Shown: positions 1-12,370, numbered from the whole stretch's first letter. The stretch is 63,678 nucleotides of DNA, filler included, from Stramenopiles sp. TOSAG23-6 (GCA_900128565.1; 11 parts of 11 records of this genome joined end to end with filler, not necessarily neighbours in it), one strand, 5' to 3'. Notes: generated from the sequence alone by a model not told the origin. Numbers and translations are program-made.

Positions 1-958
1 GTACAAAATTTCGTACGAAAACAAATTCGAATTTGAAAAAAAATAAAACATACATTGAAGCTATCACCATATGCGGTAGTCGCTGGGCCTGAATGACCTA
101 GGTTACCATTTGGCTGATAGTAACCCCAGCCAAATTCAGTTTGATTTACATATGTATTAATATTGCAACCTTCAACATGTATTATGAAAAATTATCTTAC
201 ATTCGATTTTTTTGTGAGGTATAAAATGTTTTTACGAAAAAAAAAAAAATTTAGGTAGATAAAAATTTCATAATGAAAAAACATACGCATATACCGATAG
301 TAGTTTTACTCCCCTTTTCTGTACATATTGACCATCGTGTGATGCCTGATTGGACACCATTTCCTATTAGCGTCATACCATTACTCCATCCCTTTTTGGA
401 TTTTATTAGAGCAAGTAATCTTTGACCATTATCCATTTTATTGACTGTTCGAATACAGGGTCCAACTTGGATACATTGTAACAAAGTTACCGAAGCATTT
501 TTTTCATACAAAGAAATTGCACCAACAATGCCAAGATCTTGATCTAATGTATGTACAACGTCTTTAATATTAAATGCTGGGCCAAGGTGTTTACCATTTA
601 CTCTGAATGATAAAATACCATCATCAGCGTTTACAATCACCTCTATCAAATCACCAGGCTTTAAGGCAGTCCCGTATTGTGTTTTTGCTGGACTTGCATG
701 TCCAATATTACCATTTGGTTGATAATAACCCCAACCTTTATCAGTCTGATTAACGTAAGAATTAAGACTTACATCACTCAGACAAATACCAACTGTTATT
801 TTTCGACCACGATTTATCCGATATAACCATCGAGTGCTTCCATTCCGAACAACAGGCTGTAAAAGCACAAGACCATTTTTCCAACCTGTGGATCGCTTGA
901 CCGCAGTGCTCGTAGGAGCATTTACCAAAACTTGAGAAGCAGACGCATAAAGCCGCAT
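1..958 (-). CDS. Tandem SPRY/B30.2-domain protein; spliced and 3'-truncated (introns 177-286 and 1-53)
   Basis: Two SPRY-like repeats, ITVGICLSDVSLNSYVNQTDKGWGYYQPNG and TTIGIC|VEGCNINTYVNQTEFGWGYYQPNG, align without gaps once 177-286 is removed. The start codon is uncertain. Confidence 0.8.
177..286 (-). mobile_element. Repeated intron family copy, GTATG...AATACAT (GT-AT)
   Basis: Removal gives TGC|GTT (GIC-VEG), collinear with the first SPRY repeat. Confidence 0.8.
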
Positions 959-1236
959 TTCAGGTGTGAAGTAAAATGGAAAGATATTTATTTCAGATTT
1001 ATAATTACTCTAATACTCTTTCGAAGAAGATGATGACCAGCAAGAAAAAAAAAGTGATGATGGCCATAGGTTAGATCAATCAATCAATCACACAATGGGC
1101 GCGCGCGAATGCTGTCATTTTGTTCGTGTCAAATTCAATGTCATTGTATTATTTATCGATATAATTACTACTGTGATCTCAGATCAACGTGATATAAATA
1201 ATAAACAAAAGCTATAATCTTGCAACTAGCCTAATA

Positions 1237-1602
1237 ATGATGCACCCATATTTGATTATTGTACTTGCCGCTCTAGTAAATAGCAGTGCTGCAAGTTCAC
1301 CATTCGATTTCGATAATCTAGATAAAGTTTGTGGTACTGGTGTTGGGAATAAAAATCAACGTGTTGAAGGAAAACTCGATTGTGGAAATCCACTTCTTTC
1401 TTGCTGGGAATTTTCGAAGACTTCTCTCTTTGCTGATGAATCTATTACCACAGATACATGCCAAAAGAACTATCTCTTTTATGGTGCCGTATCTTTTATG
1501 GGTACACTTGTTTTAGGTTTAACGATGCTTGCACTAAGGAGATTGTGTTTCAACCAGCCAAGAAATAAGCCAATGACTCGAAGTTTGTTGTCTCACTGTT
1601 GA
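1237..1602 (+). CDS. Small Cys-containing single-pass membrane protein with signal peptide
   Basis: 121-aa ORF with a hydrophobic N-terminus and a C-terminal TM segment followed by RR. Confidence 0.6.
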   Translation: MMHPYLIIVLAALVNSSAASSPFDFDNLDKVCGTGVGNKNQRVEGKLDCGNPLLSCWEFSKTSLFADESITTDTCQKNYLFYGAVSFMGTLVLGLTMLALRRLCFNQPRNKPMTRSLLSHC

Positions 1603-1806
1603 GATAAAAACTCATCAATCGTATTTTACCTGATCGGTTGTTACTTCACAAGGTCAATTTTGTGATTTTTTTTCAGTTGACCAATTAATTGTAGCAAAAT
1701 AAATTTAGATTTGAATTTCAAAAAAGGAAAAACATAATCTTTATTTCTCTTTATTTCTCTTTATTGTCCAAAATATCCTAAAACAATTTACACTATATTC
1801 AACTAT

Positions 1807-3709
1807 CTAAAGTTCTTCAGATTTCAACTTTGTAATTTTCCATGCACTCTCGTCAAGTCCTTGCAATCTTCGTACAAGAGGACTCATGAGCACATACCAA
1901 GAAATTCCACAAGCAACACAGATCACGGATAAAAGATAATATCCATCAGTTCCACGAATCTCACAACTGCCTCCAGCCGTTTCACAGTGCTTAGATCCAA
2001 GTTTACCTGCCCAATATGAACACGGGGCATATGAAATTCCACTAATATCAACAGTAGTAGTATTTACTGTACATTCTTTCTGTGTTGTATAATCCACAAG
2101 TGAAAGTACCAGAGTGATGGGCCATTTTGACCCTAAATTAGCAAATGTATTGAGAAGAGTCATATATGTCCCACCAATACCCGGTTCACTACGCGCAACA
2201 CGACTAAAAAATGACATTTGTGCGACAAACATTGAGACAGAAACAACACCATGGGCAATCATTACAAGTGTTAATACACCATAAAACATTTGTAAATTCC
2301 AAGTAGTCTCGGAATCCTTCAATGCAAAAGGGACAATATATACTAAAATAGCACCAAAGAGAGAAATAGGAAGTCTGTAAATAAATGTATTTTGGAAAAA
2401 TATTTCAAAAAAAAATTCGTTAGGTACAAAATTGCGTACGAAAAAAATTCGAAATTAAAAAAAATAAAATATACATGCTCGTAGGAAAATATTTAAAGGT
2501 CTTGGTCCTGCGGTATACTGTGAAATATATGCAGTCAATGCTATATCTATTGGAGTGATTATAGCCGAAAGAAGAGCAAGATGTTCTTTGGACACACCTG
2601 CTTCCATTAACTTCAATGCAGTAACTCCATATATTGTGAAAAATATTTTTTTTTTTTTGAATTAAATTTTTTTTTTTGAGTTGAAAAAAGATCGTTACAC
2701 ATGAAATTGTATACCAAAAAAAACATAAACGAATACACTTGAAATGAATAATGAAGCTTATGAAAACGATATAAAAAAGTCGCCAAATAGAGGGCAACTT
2801 CATCACACTAACAACCTCCTTATAAGCACCTAATACTTGAGGGATTTCTTCGTCTGTTTTTTCGTGTTTGAAAAAAATAATGTATGTTAGGAAAATATGT
2901 CAGATTTACAATTGGTTAGGTACAGAATTTACTATAGTAACCATTGGATAAAAAAGAAAAAATCGAAATTGAAATTTGAAATGAATGATTCAAACTTACA
3001 TTCCAACAGTAAAAATAAAAATAATTCCCCAGAAAATCATAAAATTACCAAGAGTTAAAAGCTTGTATGAATAGAGACATAAAAAACCAGTATAGGCAAC
3101 AAAATATCCTAGAGTTTGTCCAATTGAATTGCAGGATGATGCATATCCAATATTTCTTTTCTGAAGTAGAGTCAACGCCCAGCCGTCAACAGCAATGTCT
3201 TGAGTTGCCATGAGAAAAAATAGCAAAAAGAAGATGATAGTAAGACCCTTCACGTCAATACCATCACCATTAGACATAATCATGTCATCGACATGGCCTC
3301 CGAGAGAAATCATTAAAATTCCAGTCAAAAGCTGAACAGGTAATAACCAAGTTTTACGCCGGCCAAGGCGGTTATAAAATACTGCATCTACAATTGGAGC
3401 CCATAACACTTTTAAAGAAAAAGGCCAACTTACTAAAGAGAAAAGCGATTGATCGGTGAAAGAAGAACCCTGCTCCTGTAGCAGAAACGGAACACTCCCA
3501 GCTAAACCCATCGGAATACCCTGTAATGTATATAGAAGGAAAAGAAGAGCTACGTTTCCGTAGTCACCACGAAGATCAGCCTCTTCTGTGACTTTGGTAG
3601 GGTGACTCTCTTTTGAAGCATCCAATTCGATCGAGCTTACACCCTGTGAAGAATTGGTGGGTACTTTTGAATATGATACCGTAGACCGTTTCTTAGTGCT
3701 TGACGCCAT
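1807..3709 (-). CDS. SLC33A1: Acetyl-CoA transporter AT-1 (MFS), spliced (introns 2880-2999, about 2629-2760, 2385-2474)
   Basis: Motifs LYTLQGIPMGL, WPFSLKVLWAPIVD, ATQDIAVDGWAL, GGTYMTLLNTFANLG and DGYY. The middle junction does not resolve cleanly. Confidence 0.9.
2385..2474 (-). mobile_element. Repeated intron family copy (GT-AT)
   Basis: Removal gives RA-FIYRL. Using the nearby TTTACAG acceptor frameshifts into a stop. Confidence 0.85.
2880..2999 (-). mobile_element. Repeated intron family copy (GTAAG...CATACAT, GT-AT)
   Basis: Removal gives in-frame TVGI-IFFKHEK. Contains GTACCTAAC. Confidence 0.8.
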
Positions 3710-3991
3710 TTTCTGATCTAATCAAAATCACTGAATGATAATATTAATAATATTTCAGCTAGCTCGTGAGAAAATACCGTAGCAACTTTAGGATAAGGTA
3801 GTATAGAAAAACAACTTTGTCTTCTCGCGTCAAGTCAACTGGACTCTGGAGGAGACAAGTCAAAAAGTCGACGGTATCCTTGGTCATCTTCGGCAAAAAC
3901 AAAACACGAAAAATAAAAAAAGCAAAATTTGATATATTTATATTATTTTCAGAAATTCTACCATCATAAATGAATTATAAATATTTTTATC

Positions 3992-6185
3992 TTAAAAGAA
4001 GTATACTTGAGCATCATTCGGAAATAAAAGAGATAGAAGATTAAAGTTTAATGGACCAGACATTGGGTTATCTTGAAGATTCCTATATTTGTAGTGATAT
4101 GAAAAATATGCTGATATTAAGTCATTGAAATATAATGAATATAAAACATTGTTGATTATACTGAGTAATGCTATGATTATTACATACAAATTACGCAGTT
4201 GAGGAATTGGCAACAGGCCATAAAAGCTTGTAATTTGATTATTAAAGAGATTCCTATATTCGTAGTGATATGAAAAACATTGTAATATTGAGTCATTGAA
4301 AATATAATGAATATAAAATTTTGTTGACTATATTGAGTTATGCTGAAAGTTTTACGTACAAATCCAGCAGATTCGGAAGCTGGGGCAATCCGTTGAAGCT
4401 TCTAATTTGATTTTGTTCGAGATACCTGTATTTGTAGTGATATAAAAAATATCGTCAAATTGAGTCATTGAAAATATTGAATATAACACATTGTTGACTA
4501 TATTGAGTTATACTGAAATTATTACGTACAAACTAATCAAACTCGGAACTACTGGCAGTCCAAAAAAGCTTGTAATTTGATTATTTGAGAGATTCATATG
4601 TTTGTAGTGATATAAAAAACATTGTAGTATTGAGCCATTGAAATATAATGAATAAAAATTTTGTTGATTATATTGAGTAATGCTACAATTATTACGTACA
4701 ATTCTTCCAGTCGAGGAAATTCTCGTAGGCCATCAAAGCTTGTAATTTGATTTTGTTCGAGAAACCTATATTTGTAGTGATATAAAAACATTGTAATATT
4801 GAGTCATTGAAAATATTGAATATAACACATTGTTGACTATATTGAGTTATGCTACAATTATTACATACAAATGTCTGAGTTGAGGAAGTGCTAGTCGTAA
4901 TCCATGAAAAGTTGTAATTTGGTTATGATCGAGATGCCTATATTTGTAGTGATATGAAAAATATGCTGATATTGAGTCATTGAAATATAATGAATATAAC
5001 ATTTTGTTGATTATATTGAATTATGCTGAAATTTTACATACAAATCCTCCAGTTGAGGAAATTCTGGTAGGCCATCAAAGGATGTAATTTGATTATGATC
5101 GAGAAACCTATATTTGCAGTGATATAAAACGTTGTCATATTGAGTCATTGAAAATATTGAATATAACACATTGTTGACTATATTGAGTTATGCTGAAATT
5201 ATTACGTACAAACTCCTCAGATTCGGAAGTACTGGAAATCCATGAAAGGATGCAATTTGATTATGATTCAGAAACCTATATTTGTAGTGATATAATAACA
5301 TTGTCATATTGAGTCATTGAAAATATTGAATATAACACATTGTTGACTATATTGAGTTATGCTTAAATTATTACGTACAAACTCCTCAGATTCGGAATTA
5401 CTGGAAATCCATGAAAGGATGCAATTTGATTATTTGAGAACTTCCTATATTTGTTGTGATAGGAAAAACATTGTAATATTGAGTCATTGAAATATAATAA
5501 ATTTAAAATTTTGTTGATGATATTGAATTATGCTGAAATTTTACATACAACATCTCCAGTAAAGGAAGTTCAGGAAATCCATGAATACTTGTAATTTGAT
5601 TACTGTTGAGATACCTATATTTCTAGTGATATAAAAAACATTGTGATATTGAGTCAGTGAAATATAATAAATATAACACACTATAGACTATATTGAGTTA
5701 TGCTAAAATGTTTACGTACAAATATCTGAGTTCAGGAAGTGCTGGTGGTAATCCATCAAAGCTTGTAATTTGATTTTGTGCGAGATCCCTATATTTGTAG
5801 TGATATAAAAAACATTGTAATATTGAGTTATTGAAAATATTGAATATAACACATTGTTGAGTATATTGAGTGATGCATAAATTATTACGTACAAACTCCT
5901 CAGATTCGGAAGCTCGATTAATCCATGAAAGGATGTAATTTGATTATTTGAGAAATTCCTATATTTGTCGTGATATGAAAAACATTGTAATATTGAGTCA
6001 TTGAAATATATGGCATATAAAATTTTGTTGATGATATTGCGTAATGCTACAACTATTACGTACAATTCCAAAAGTTGAGGAAGTTCAATTAATCCATCAA
6101 AGCTTGTCATTTCATTTTGTTCGAGATGCATATATTTGTTGTGATAGGAAAAACATTGTAATATTGAGTCATTGAAATATAATAA
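3992..6185 (-). CDS. SDS22-like leucine-rich repeat protein, one 22-23 aa LRR per exon, 5'-truncated
   Basis: About 171-bp tandem units, each a 66-69 nt exon (LxLxxNQITSFxGLxxxPxLxxL) plus a roughly 104-nt phase-2 intron. The last exon ends at TAA 3992. Confidence 0.9.
4083..6185 (-). repeat. Tandem exon+intron array, about 12.5 units of about 171 bp
   Basis: Intron sequences are near-identical between units (plus-strand ATATTGAGTCATTGAAA and TTTGTAGTGATAT recur). Confidence 0.95.
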
Positions 6186-6285
6186 NNNNNNNNNNNNNNN
6201 NNNNNNNNNNNNNNNNNNNNNNNNNNNNNTTAATTAATTAANNNNNNNNNNNNNNNNNNNNNNNNNNNNNNNNNNNNNNNNNNNN
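6186..6285. other. Artificial contig spacer N44-TTAATTAATTAA-N44 (also 12467-12566, 18743-18842, 25019-25118, 31288-31387, 37551-37650, 43806-43905, 50061-50160, 56316-56415, 62571-62670)
   Basis: Identical 100-nt spacer with six-frame stop codons. Contig lengths are non-increasing (6185, 6181, 6176, 6176, 6169, 6163, 6155...). Confidence 0.98.
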
Positions 6286-7313
6286 ACAAAATTTCGTACG
6301 AAAAAAAATCGAATTTGAAAAAAAAATAAAACATACATGCTCCATCCATCGTAGACTAACTAAACATTTTTCATTGGGATCTAATGTTTGAGGGATACCA
6401 TTGAAGCATTCATTTGGCTGATAAATTTGCTTTTGATAATCTCCATCAGCAATAGGCAATATTGTGAAAATATATTTCAAAAAAAAATTTAAATTTGTTA
6501 GGTACGAAATTTGGTACGAAAAAAAAATAAATTTGAAATTAATGAAGAAAATGTACAACTTCATCGGAAAGACAGCGATGTAAATAAACACCCTGTAATG
6601 CACCAGGACACCAAAAATCAACTGTTATATTTGCTGCCGGTGATCGACCTGAGTTTGGAAGGCATGCTCTAGCATTATGCCACATAATTCCAGGCCCATC
6701 ATGTATTTTGGGAAAATATTTTTTTTTTCGGTAAAAAAAATTTGTTAGGTACAAAATTTTCTATGAAAAAAAAATTCGAAATTCAATTTTGAAAACGTAC
6801 ATTCTCATCCGGAGCCAGAATTGACCAATCCTCATCTGGCCCACAGTGCTCCGCCTGGTGAAAAGCTGACAGGCATTCACCAGATGGAAGACCATTCATG
6901 CACTCTGATTCTACAAATAAGTGCTGAAAGTAATGCTCGCGTCGGTCTCGTCCATAATAAAATTCTTCAGGATTTACAAATTGTGTTGCTAGCAAAAAAT
7001 CTTCCATGTGATCAGGAAAACCTTCAAAGTGACAGCGATGAAATTGGCCTCGTAATCCAGTGTTATTTACATTGATTCGATCAGGTTGTATTAATCTATT
7101 GAGATGCACACGTGTCTCTCGCATGCGCAATGAATGAGTTAATTTTCTTCTAGAGTGCCCTATTGCTCCCCGTGAAGCGTGTCTTCCTCGTCTTCCTCCA
7201 GGATTAGTTGTAACTAAAATCTGATGCAACGTTCCATGTTGCACAGTTTCCGACCTTGCACTCCATGAAATAATCAAGGCAGTGATTAATATTGTTAGTA
7301 ATCTATAGAACAT
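6286..7313 (-). CDS. Secreted Cys-rich protein of unknown family, spliced and truncated (introns 6701-6800, 6457-6556, 6286-6336)
   Basis: Signal peptide MFYRLLTILITALIISWSARS. An ECxNGxP...CL...EH motif recurs. Exons join in frame across family introns. Confidence 0.65.
6457..6556 (-). mobile_element. Repeated intron family copy ending in TG (GTACA...CAATATTG)
   Basis: The position-equivalent 3' end gives in-frame DEV-PIADGDY. There is no usable AG. Confidence 0.65.
6701..6800 (-). mobile_element. Repeated intron family copy (GT-AT)
   Basis: AAT|GTACG...AAAATACAT|GAT, in frame. Confidence 0.8.
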
Positions 7314-7652
7314 GGGGAGTCTGTCACTAAGACATGTAGCAATTAATAGTTTTTCTAGCTAGATAACAAAACAAAGGATACGAAAACAACACGGAACAAC
7401 TCCTATACAAAAATTTAAAAAAAAAAAAAAATTCTTCACAACAAAGCAGGTTTGTAGGTCATGAATTTTTTAAAAATCGAAATTCTCACGATCTCATCAG
7501 CTCAGATCGCGCAATAAAATCAATGATGTTCCTCGATTCGCATCCGAATCTACTTTAGAATTTATTTAATCTCAATCTAATTCTAAAAATTTCACTCTCT
7601 TATACTCGCTTTTAGCACAGTTTTTTGAGGTTTGACTATATTTCAATTATCG

Positions 7653-10600
7653 ATGCATCGGGTATTCATTTTTAAACTGCATGTGGTATTATTATTAATA
7701 GTGTTTATCCTTTGCCATCTTCAGTATACTAAATCCGATGACACTTCTGCGCCTGCCGACACGGAAACTTCCTCCTCAGTTTCTCCTCTNGAGAATAAAA
7801 AAGCAACTAAGCCTAATTTAATTGAAGATAATACATCTTTGACCAACAAAGATAAAGTGGAAGATTTTTCTCGTGGTCGTGTGGTTGATGTGTACTGGAA
7901 AAAGGGAAAGGTTCTATATGGCGGCTACATTGACTTTATCAATTCAGATGGAACTTTTGATATTCAATATTTCGATGGTGACTATGAACTAAACGTGGAT
8001 GTCACTTTTATCAAGTTGCGTGAACCAGCTGTAGTTTTGGAAGAAATAGTTACTAGTAAAACAAAAAAGAATATTAAAGACTTGTTTTTCAGTTTTAGAG
8101 GAATCACAAATGAAGCTCAAGAATATTGGTTTCATAAAATGTTGTCGTTGTTACCAAAAGCAGCAGCAGAAGAATACAAAAGGTCGTCAAAGAATCCCAA
8201 ATCTCCTGATAATTCACCCTCTTGGAATAGTTCCAAATTATATCAAGAAAGTTTTCCAAAAGAGCTTTCATTTATGCGTCCAAACCAAGAAGAACCTTCA
8301 TGTTCGTTTTCATTATTCATTGCAATAATGTATTATTTTTTTCCTACCAAATTCCGTACCTAACAAATTTCAAACTGTATAAGTAGTTTTTTTACAATAC
8401 ATGGTTATTCAAGGAAACTTTCCGAAAACAAATACATTCTGATCGCTCTAAAAAGTTTCTCGATGAATTTGACCAGGCAGTGAAAAATCTAAATGACCAA
8501 AATGTGAATATTGCAGTGGTATCATTTGAAAGCCTTATTCTTAATATAAATAAATATCTTGGAGATCTTGGAAAAGAAACTCAAAAAGATGATAAGAGAA
8601 ATGAAAAGACAACTCTGCTTCAGATCAAAGCGTCTGTTGAAACAAAACTTGGTCGTATTTTGCTCTTTGGAGATTTGAAGACAGGGATGTGAANTTTTNT
8701 TTTTTTCAAATTCGATTTTTTTTTCGTACGAAATTTTGTACCTAACATTTTTTTTTCTTTGAAATATTTTTCCAAAATACATTGGACAAGACGTAAAAAG
8801 AGGGAGACAATATCTCGAAGCAGCAGCTGCATTTGGCCATCCTGTTGCTCAAAGAACATTAGCTTTATTGCCTAGTGTTGACAAAAGTACTGAAGAGAAT
8901 GAAACTCGATCAATTTTATTGCTAACGTTTGCTTCTATGTACGTTTTATTTTTTTTTCAATTTCGATTTTTTTTTTCGTACGAAGTTTTATACCTAACAA
9001 ATTTTAGTTTTTTTTTTTGAAATATTTTTCCAAAATACATGGCTGGGGATCCACAAGCATCATTAGCAATGGGATATCGACACTACAGAGGACGCGGAGT
9101 TCCTAAAAAATGTGTTACAGCTGCTGCATATTATCGCAATGCAGCTTGGCAAGCTCTTTCAGTTCGTGGATTAACCACTGATAACAATTCTATGTCAATC
9201 GATCGCTCGAAATTATTAAAACGGAGAATCGCTGATTTCAAGACTTTTTCAAAGCTTCTTTCTTTTGACTCATGTTTGTTTTCATCATGAATTTTTTTTT
9301 TCATACGAAATTTTGTACCTAATTGTTTTTTGAGTTTTTTTTTCGATATGTTTTCATCAAAAATTCTACATTTGTTTTTTTTACCACGAAAATATTGTAC
9401 CTAACTAAGTTTCTATCCAATAGAAGATATTTTTCACAGAGCATACGAGTATGCAGCTAATGTTGCGAATGATCCTACGGCAAAGGCAGCCCTTGGTGAA
9501 TTATACTTTAGAGGGGCTCCTGGTGTGTATATAAAAAAAGACGTGAATTTAGCTGAGGATTATCTCCGCGCAGCAACGAAACAAAACCAAAAACAAGCAA
9601 TGTTTACATTAGGTCAATTATTAGCAGAAACAGAGGATACTCCAAAATCTGTCGCAGCTCGNAGTTTATTAGGGAAACNTGTTAAAAAGTCTAAAAACAC
9701 TTCNCCATCATTTTTTACTTTTTTGTTGAAGAAAATAGGCGCAATAGAATTATTGGAAGATGTTCTTTCTTTATTTAATGAAGAAGACAAAGAAAACTAT
9801 GAGGAAATTACGTTACCTCCAGGTCGCTTCAAGTTTCTCGGTGGGTCTTTTTCATATGGTAATGATAGATTAGACGAAGCTTTTGCATGGTTAGAGTATG
9901 CCGCGTCTTCGGGAAATATAGATGCGATGCGTGTTCTGGGTGCAATGCATTTATATAATGTTCTCCCAGTCAATACTTTAGAAACCACATTATCGTTGGC
10001 ATCGGATTATTTAACTGAGGCAGCTAATGGAGGCAGCGGTGCTGCGTATTATGATCTTGGACTGATGTACCTTGCTGGATATGGTAAAAAAGTATCTTTT
10101 GCTAAAGCTTTCAAAATGTTTCAAAAAGGTGCTCAGACGGGTCATTCACAATCGATACTCGCAGAGTTTGAAATGGAGCTTCTTGGGCTTGGAGCTATGG
10201 AAAATGGAAATGATTGGGAAGTAGTTTGTGATAAAAAAATAAAAAAAGTGAAAAAAATTGCCGAAGAAGGTGAGTGGGGTATAAAACAATTACGAGATGC
10301 TCGTTCCCGATATATGAATCATGATGCTACAGGTGCTTTATATCGATATTTGGAGCTCGCTGGTCAAGGGTATGGAGTTGCCCAAGCGAATGCGGCTTAT
10401 TTGATGACACATCGATCCGCTGGTTTTGCTAGTTTGTTTGGAGTTTCTTCATTGTTCGAATCAGCTAAATTATTTGGTTCTTCGATTTCAGTTTTTATTT
10501 CTGAAATTACAAACATTTTGGTCTCCATCGGGAATTATAGAATGACCAAAGGTAATACTAAGCACAATAATGTCAATGTAGGATTTTTTTATGATAATGA

Positions 10601-12067
10601 CGAATCTGGTGATTCTAATAGTGATGGTGTTTGGTGTGGCAAACACCATGCAACTTCATGTAAAGCTTGTCCAGAAGGAAGTAATACTGAACAATCGATC
10701 AAAGGTTTATGTGAAGGGGATTGTAGTTGGTCTGGTAAAGTTTGTATGATGAATAAGGATCTTCTCAAAAAAGTACTTCGTGGATCTCCATTACTATCAT
10801 CGTATAATATTGGAATTCCAAATCCATTTGCTNTAGCGTATGATTTATATACCGAAGCATTATTTCAAGGGTGGCACGAAGCTGATACTCATATGGGTAA
10901 TATGTTATTTCTACAAGCGGATTTTTTACAAATATTTGGCCATTCTTCTGATAAATCAAGTTTAGATATGACTGGTCAATTTAGTAGTAATGTAGGGAAA
11001 AGACATCTTACGGGGAATTCATTTCTCTTGTATCACAAAGCAGCTGAACATTATTCCAAGGCTTTAAAGAAAAGAGACGGCCAGGCTGCGTTTTATATAG
11101 CTTATATGTTTGACACAGGTATTGGTATGCCTCGAAGTGAAAAAAAAGCAATTGGTTTGTACCACAACGCTTTTCAATTTGCAAGAATGAAAGGTGGTAT
11201 TAGTGCTTGGTGGCCTGTACACATCATGCTATTTCGTTTACGTTTGTTTAAGGCTGTATCTCGTATTGCACACGCTGGTAGAACATGTATACATCCTTTC
11301 ATTGTAATGACATCTAGTGATAATACAGAGAATGTATATCGTGATGATGGTGACTTTACACTCCAACCCTCCTATTTAGAGAAAATGAAAACTTTGGCAT
11401 TAAAATTATCTGTATTCCGTAGCTTTTTAATACTAATACCAATAATCAACAATAATTTGCGCTTTTTTGATTCATATCTTGAATCAATGGTCAAGAGATA
11501 TCCAAATGCATCACATAATGTAGAAGATACGAAAATTAAAGTTGACGCAGGTGATGCTTCAGGAATGAGTGTGGACAAGAATGGCACATCGTTAAAGGTT
11601 TATGACCGAGTGAAGGCTCAGTGGTTAAGAGGGAAAACATATTTTAATGGATACATTGATCATGTTAATGATGATGGTACTTTTGACATTCAGTATGATG
11701 ATGGGGATTATGAAGCTAGCCTTCCAGCGAAATATTTGAAAAAAATTGTCAAAAAGACTGAAACTGACAAAAATTCAGACATTTCATTATCTTCCTCTTT
11801 GAAAGCATTAGGTCAATTATTTCACTCTTCAAGTGAAGCGCTAGGTTTTTCGACGTCTCAAATCCATCGTGATGATTTTGATTTGATTCTACTTCTTTTG
11901 TGTATATTTCTTATACTGGTTTTAACCAATTGGTTTCTATGTATGTTTTATTTTTTTTTCAAATTTGAGTTTTTTTTCGTACGAAATTTTGTACCTAACG
12001 ATTTTTTTAGATTTTTTTTGAAATATTTTTCTAAAATACATCTCAACTGCACTTGATATTATTTTAA
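7653..12067 (+). CDS. Sel1-repeat HRD3/SEL1L-like type I membrane protein with two Tudor-like domains; spliced (introns 8302-8402, 8689-8782, 8939-9040, 9274 to about 9430, 11941-12041)
   Basis: Signal peptide, many Sel1 repeats, TFASMAGDPQASLAMGYRH and AGQGYGVAQANAAYL (SEL1L-like), C-terminal TM. The true 3' end is uncertain. Confidence 0.8.
8302..8402 (+). mobile_element. Repeated intron family copy (GTTCG...AATACAT)
   Basis: T|GG joins ORF 7632 to the frame of ORF 8480. Confidence 0.8.
8689..8782 (+). mobile_element. Repeated intron family copy (GTGAA...AATACAT)
   Basis: Removal restores the Sel1 repeat GDLKTGI-GQDVKRGRQYLEAAAAFGHP. Confidence 0.8.
8939..9040 (+). mobile_element. Repeated intron family copy (GT-AT)
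   Basis: Removal restores TFASMAGDPQASLAMGYR with SEL1L-like spacing. Confidence 0.85.
11941..12041 (+). mobile_element. Repeated intron family copy, near consensus
   Basis: GTATGTTTT...CGTACGAAATTTTGTACCTAAC...AAAATACAT. The flanking exon phases disagree (see findings). Confidence 0.8.
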
Positions 12068-12370
12068 GAAGTGCTGCAACACAAACCTGCTGGATTACAA
12101 CTCCAACATTTATCCCTCATGGCTCTCTAAGAAAATCGATTGTAACAGCGGCAAATGTACTTTATTTATTTATTTTTTTTTAGTACGAAATTTCATACCT
12201 AACAAAACAATTTTAAAAAAAATTTAATTTTTTTTTTTCGTTTTTTGGTTTCCGTAAAAAATAATCATACCTAACAAAAGTTTAAAAAACAATTGAAATA
12301 TTTTTCATTACTACAGAATGGTGTTGATATTCGAATTCTTACAACAGGAGACCATGAAAGGATGCGTCCT
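12043..12370 (+). CDS. Phospholipase D/cardiolipin-synthase-like fragment (intron 12157-12316, GT-AG)
   Basis: Translates as ILRSAATQTCWITTPTFIPHGSLRKSIVTAAN|NGVDIRILTTG, resembling the PLD-family I.TPYFIP...AA.RGVDVRIL segment. Confidence 0.55.

Noticed and set aside
2629-2780. Middle intron of the acetyl-CoA transporter
   Set aside because: The expected K.GF.A.D segment is missing and no donor gives the right phase. This is probably a collapsed exon or misassembly, so it was not counted as evidence.
4083-6185. CRISPR-like repeat/spacer appearance
   Set aside because: The constant parts are introns of about 104 nt and the variable parts are mutually homologous LRR exons. The context is eukaryotic, with no cas genes.
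6230-6241. Periodic TTAATTAATTAA motif every 6.2 kb or so
   Set aside because: Synthetic six-frame stop linker inside N runs.
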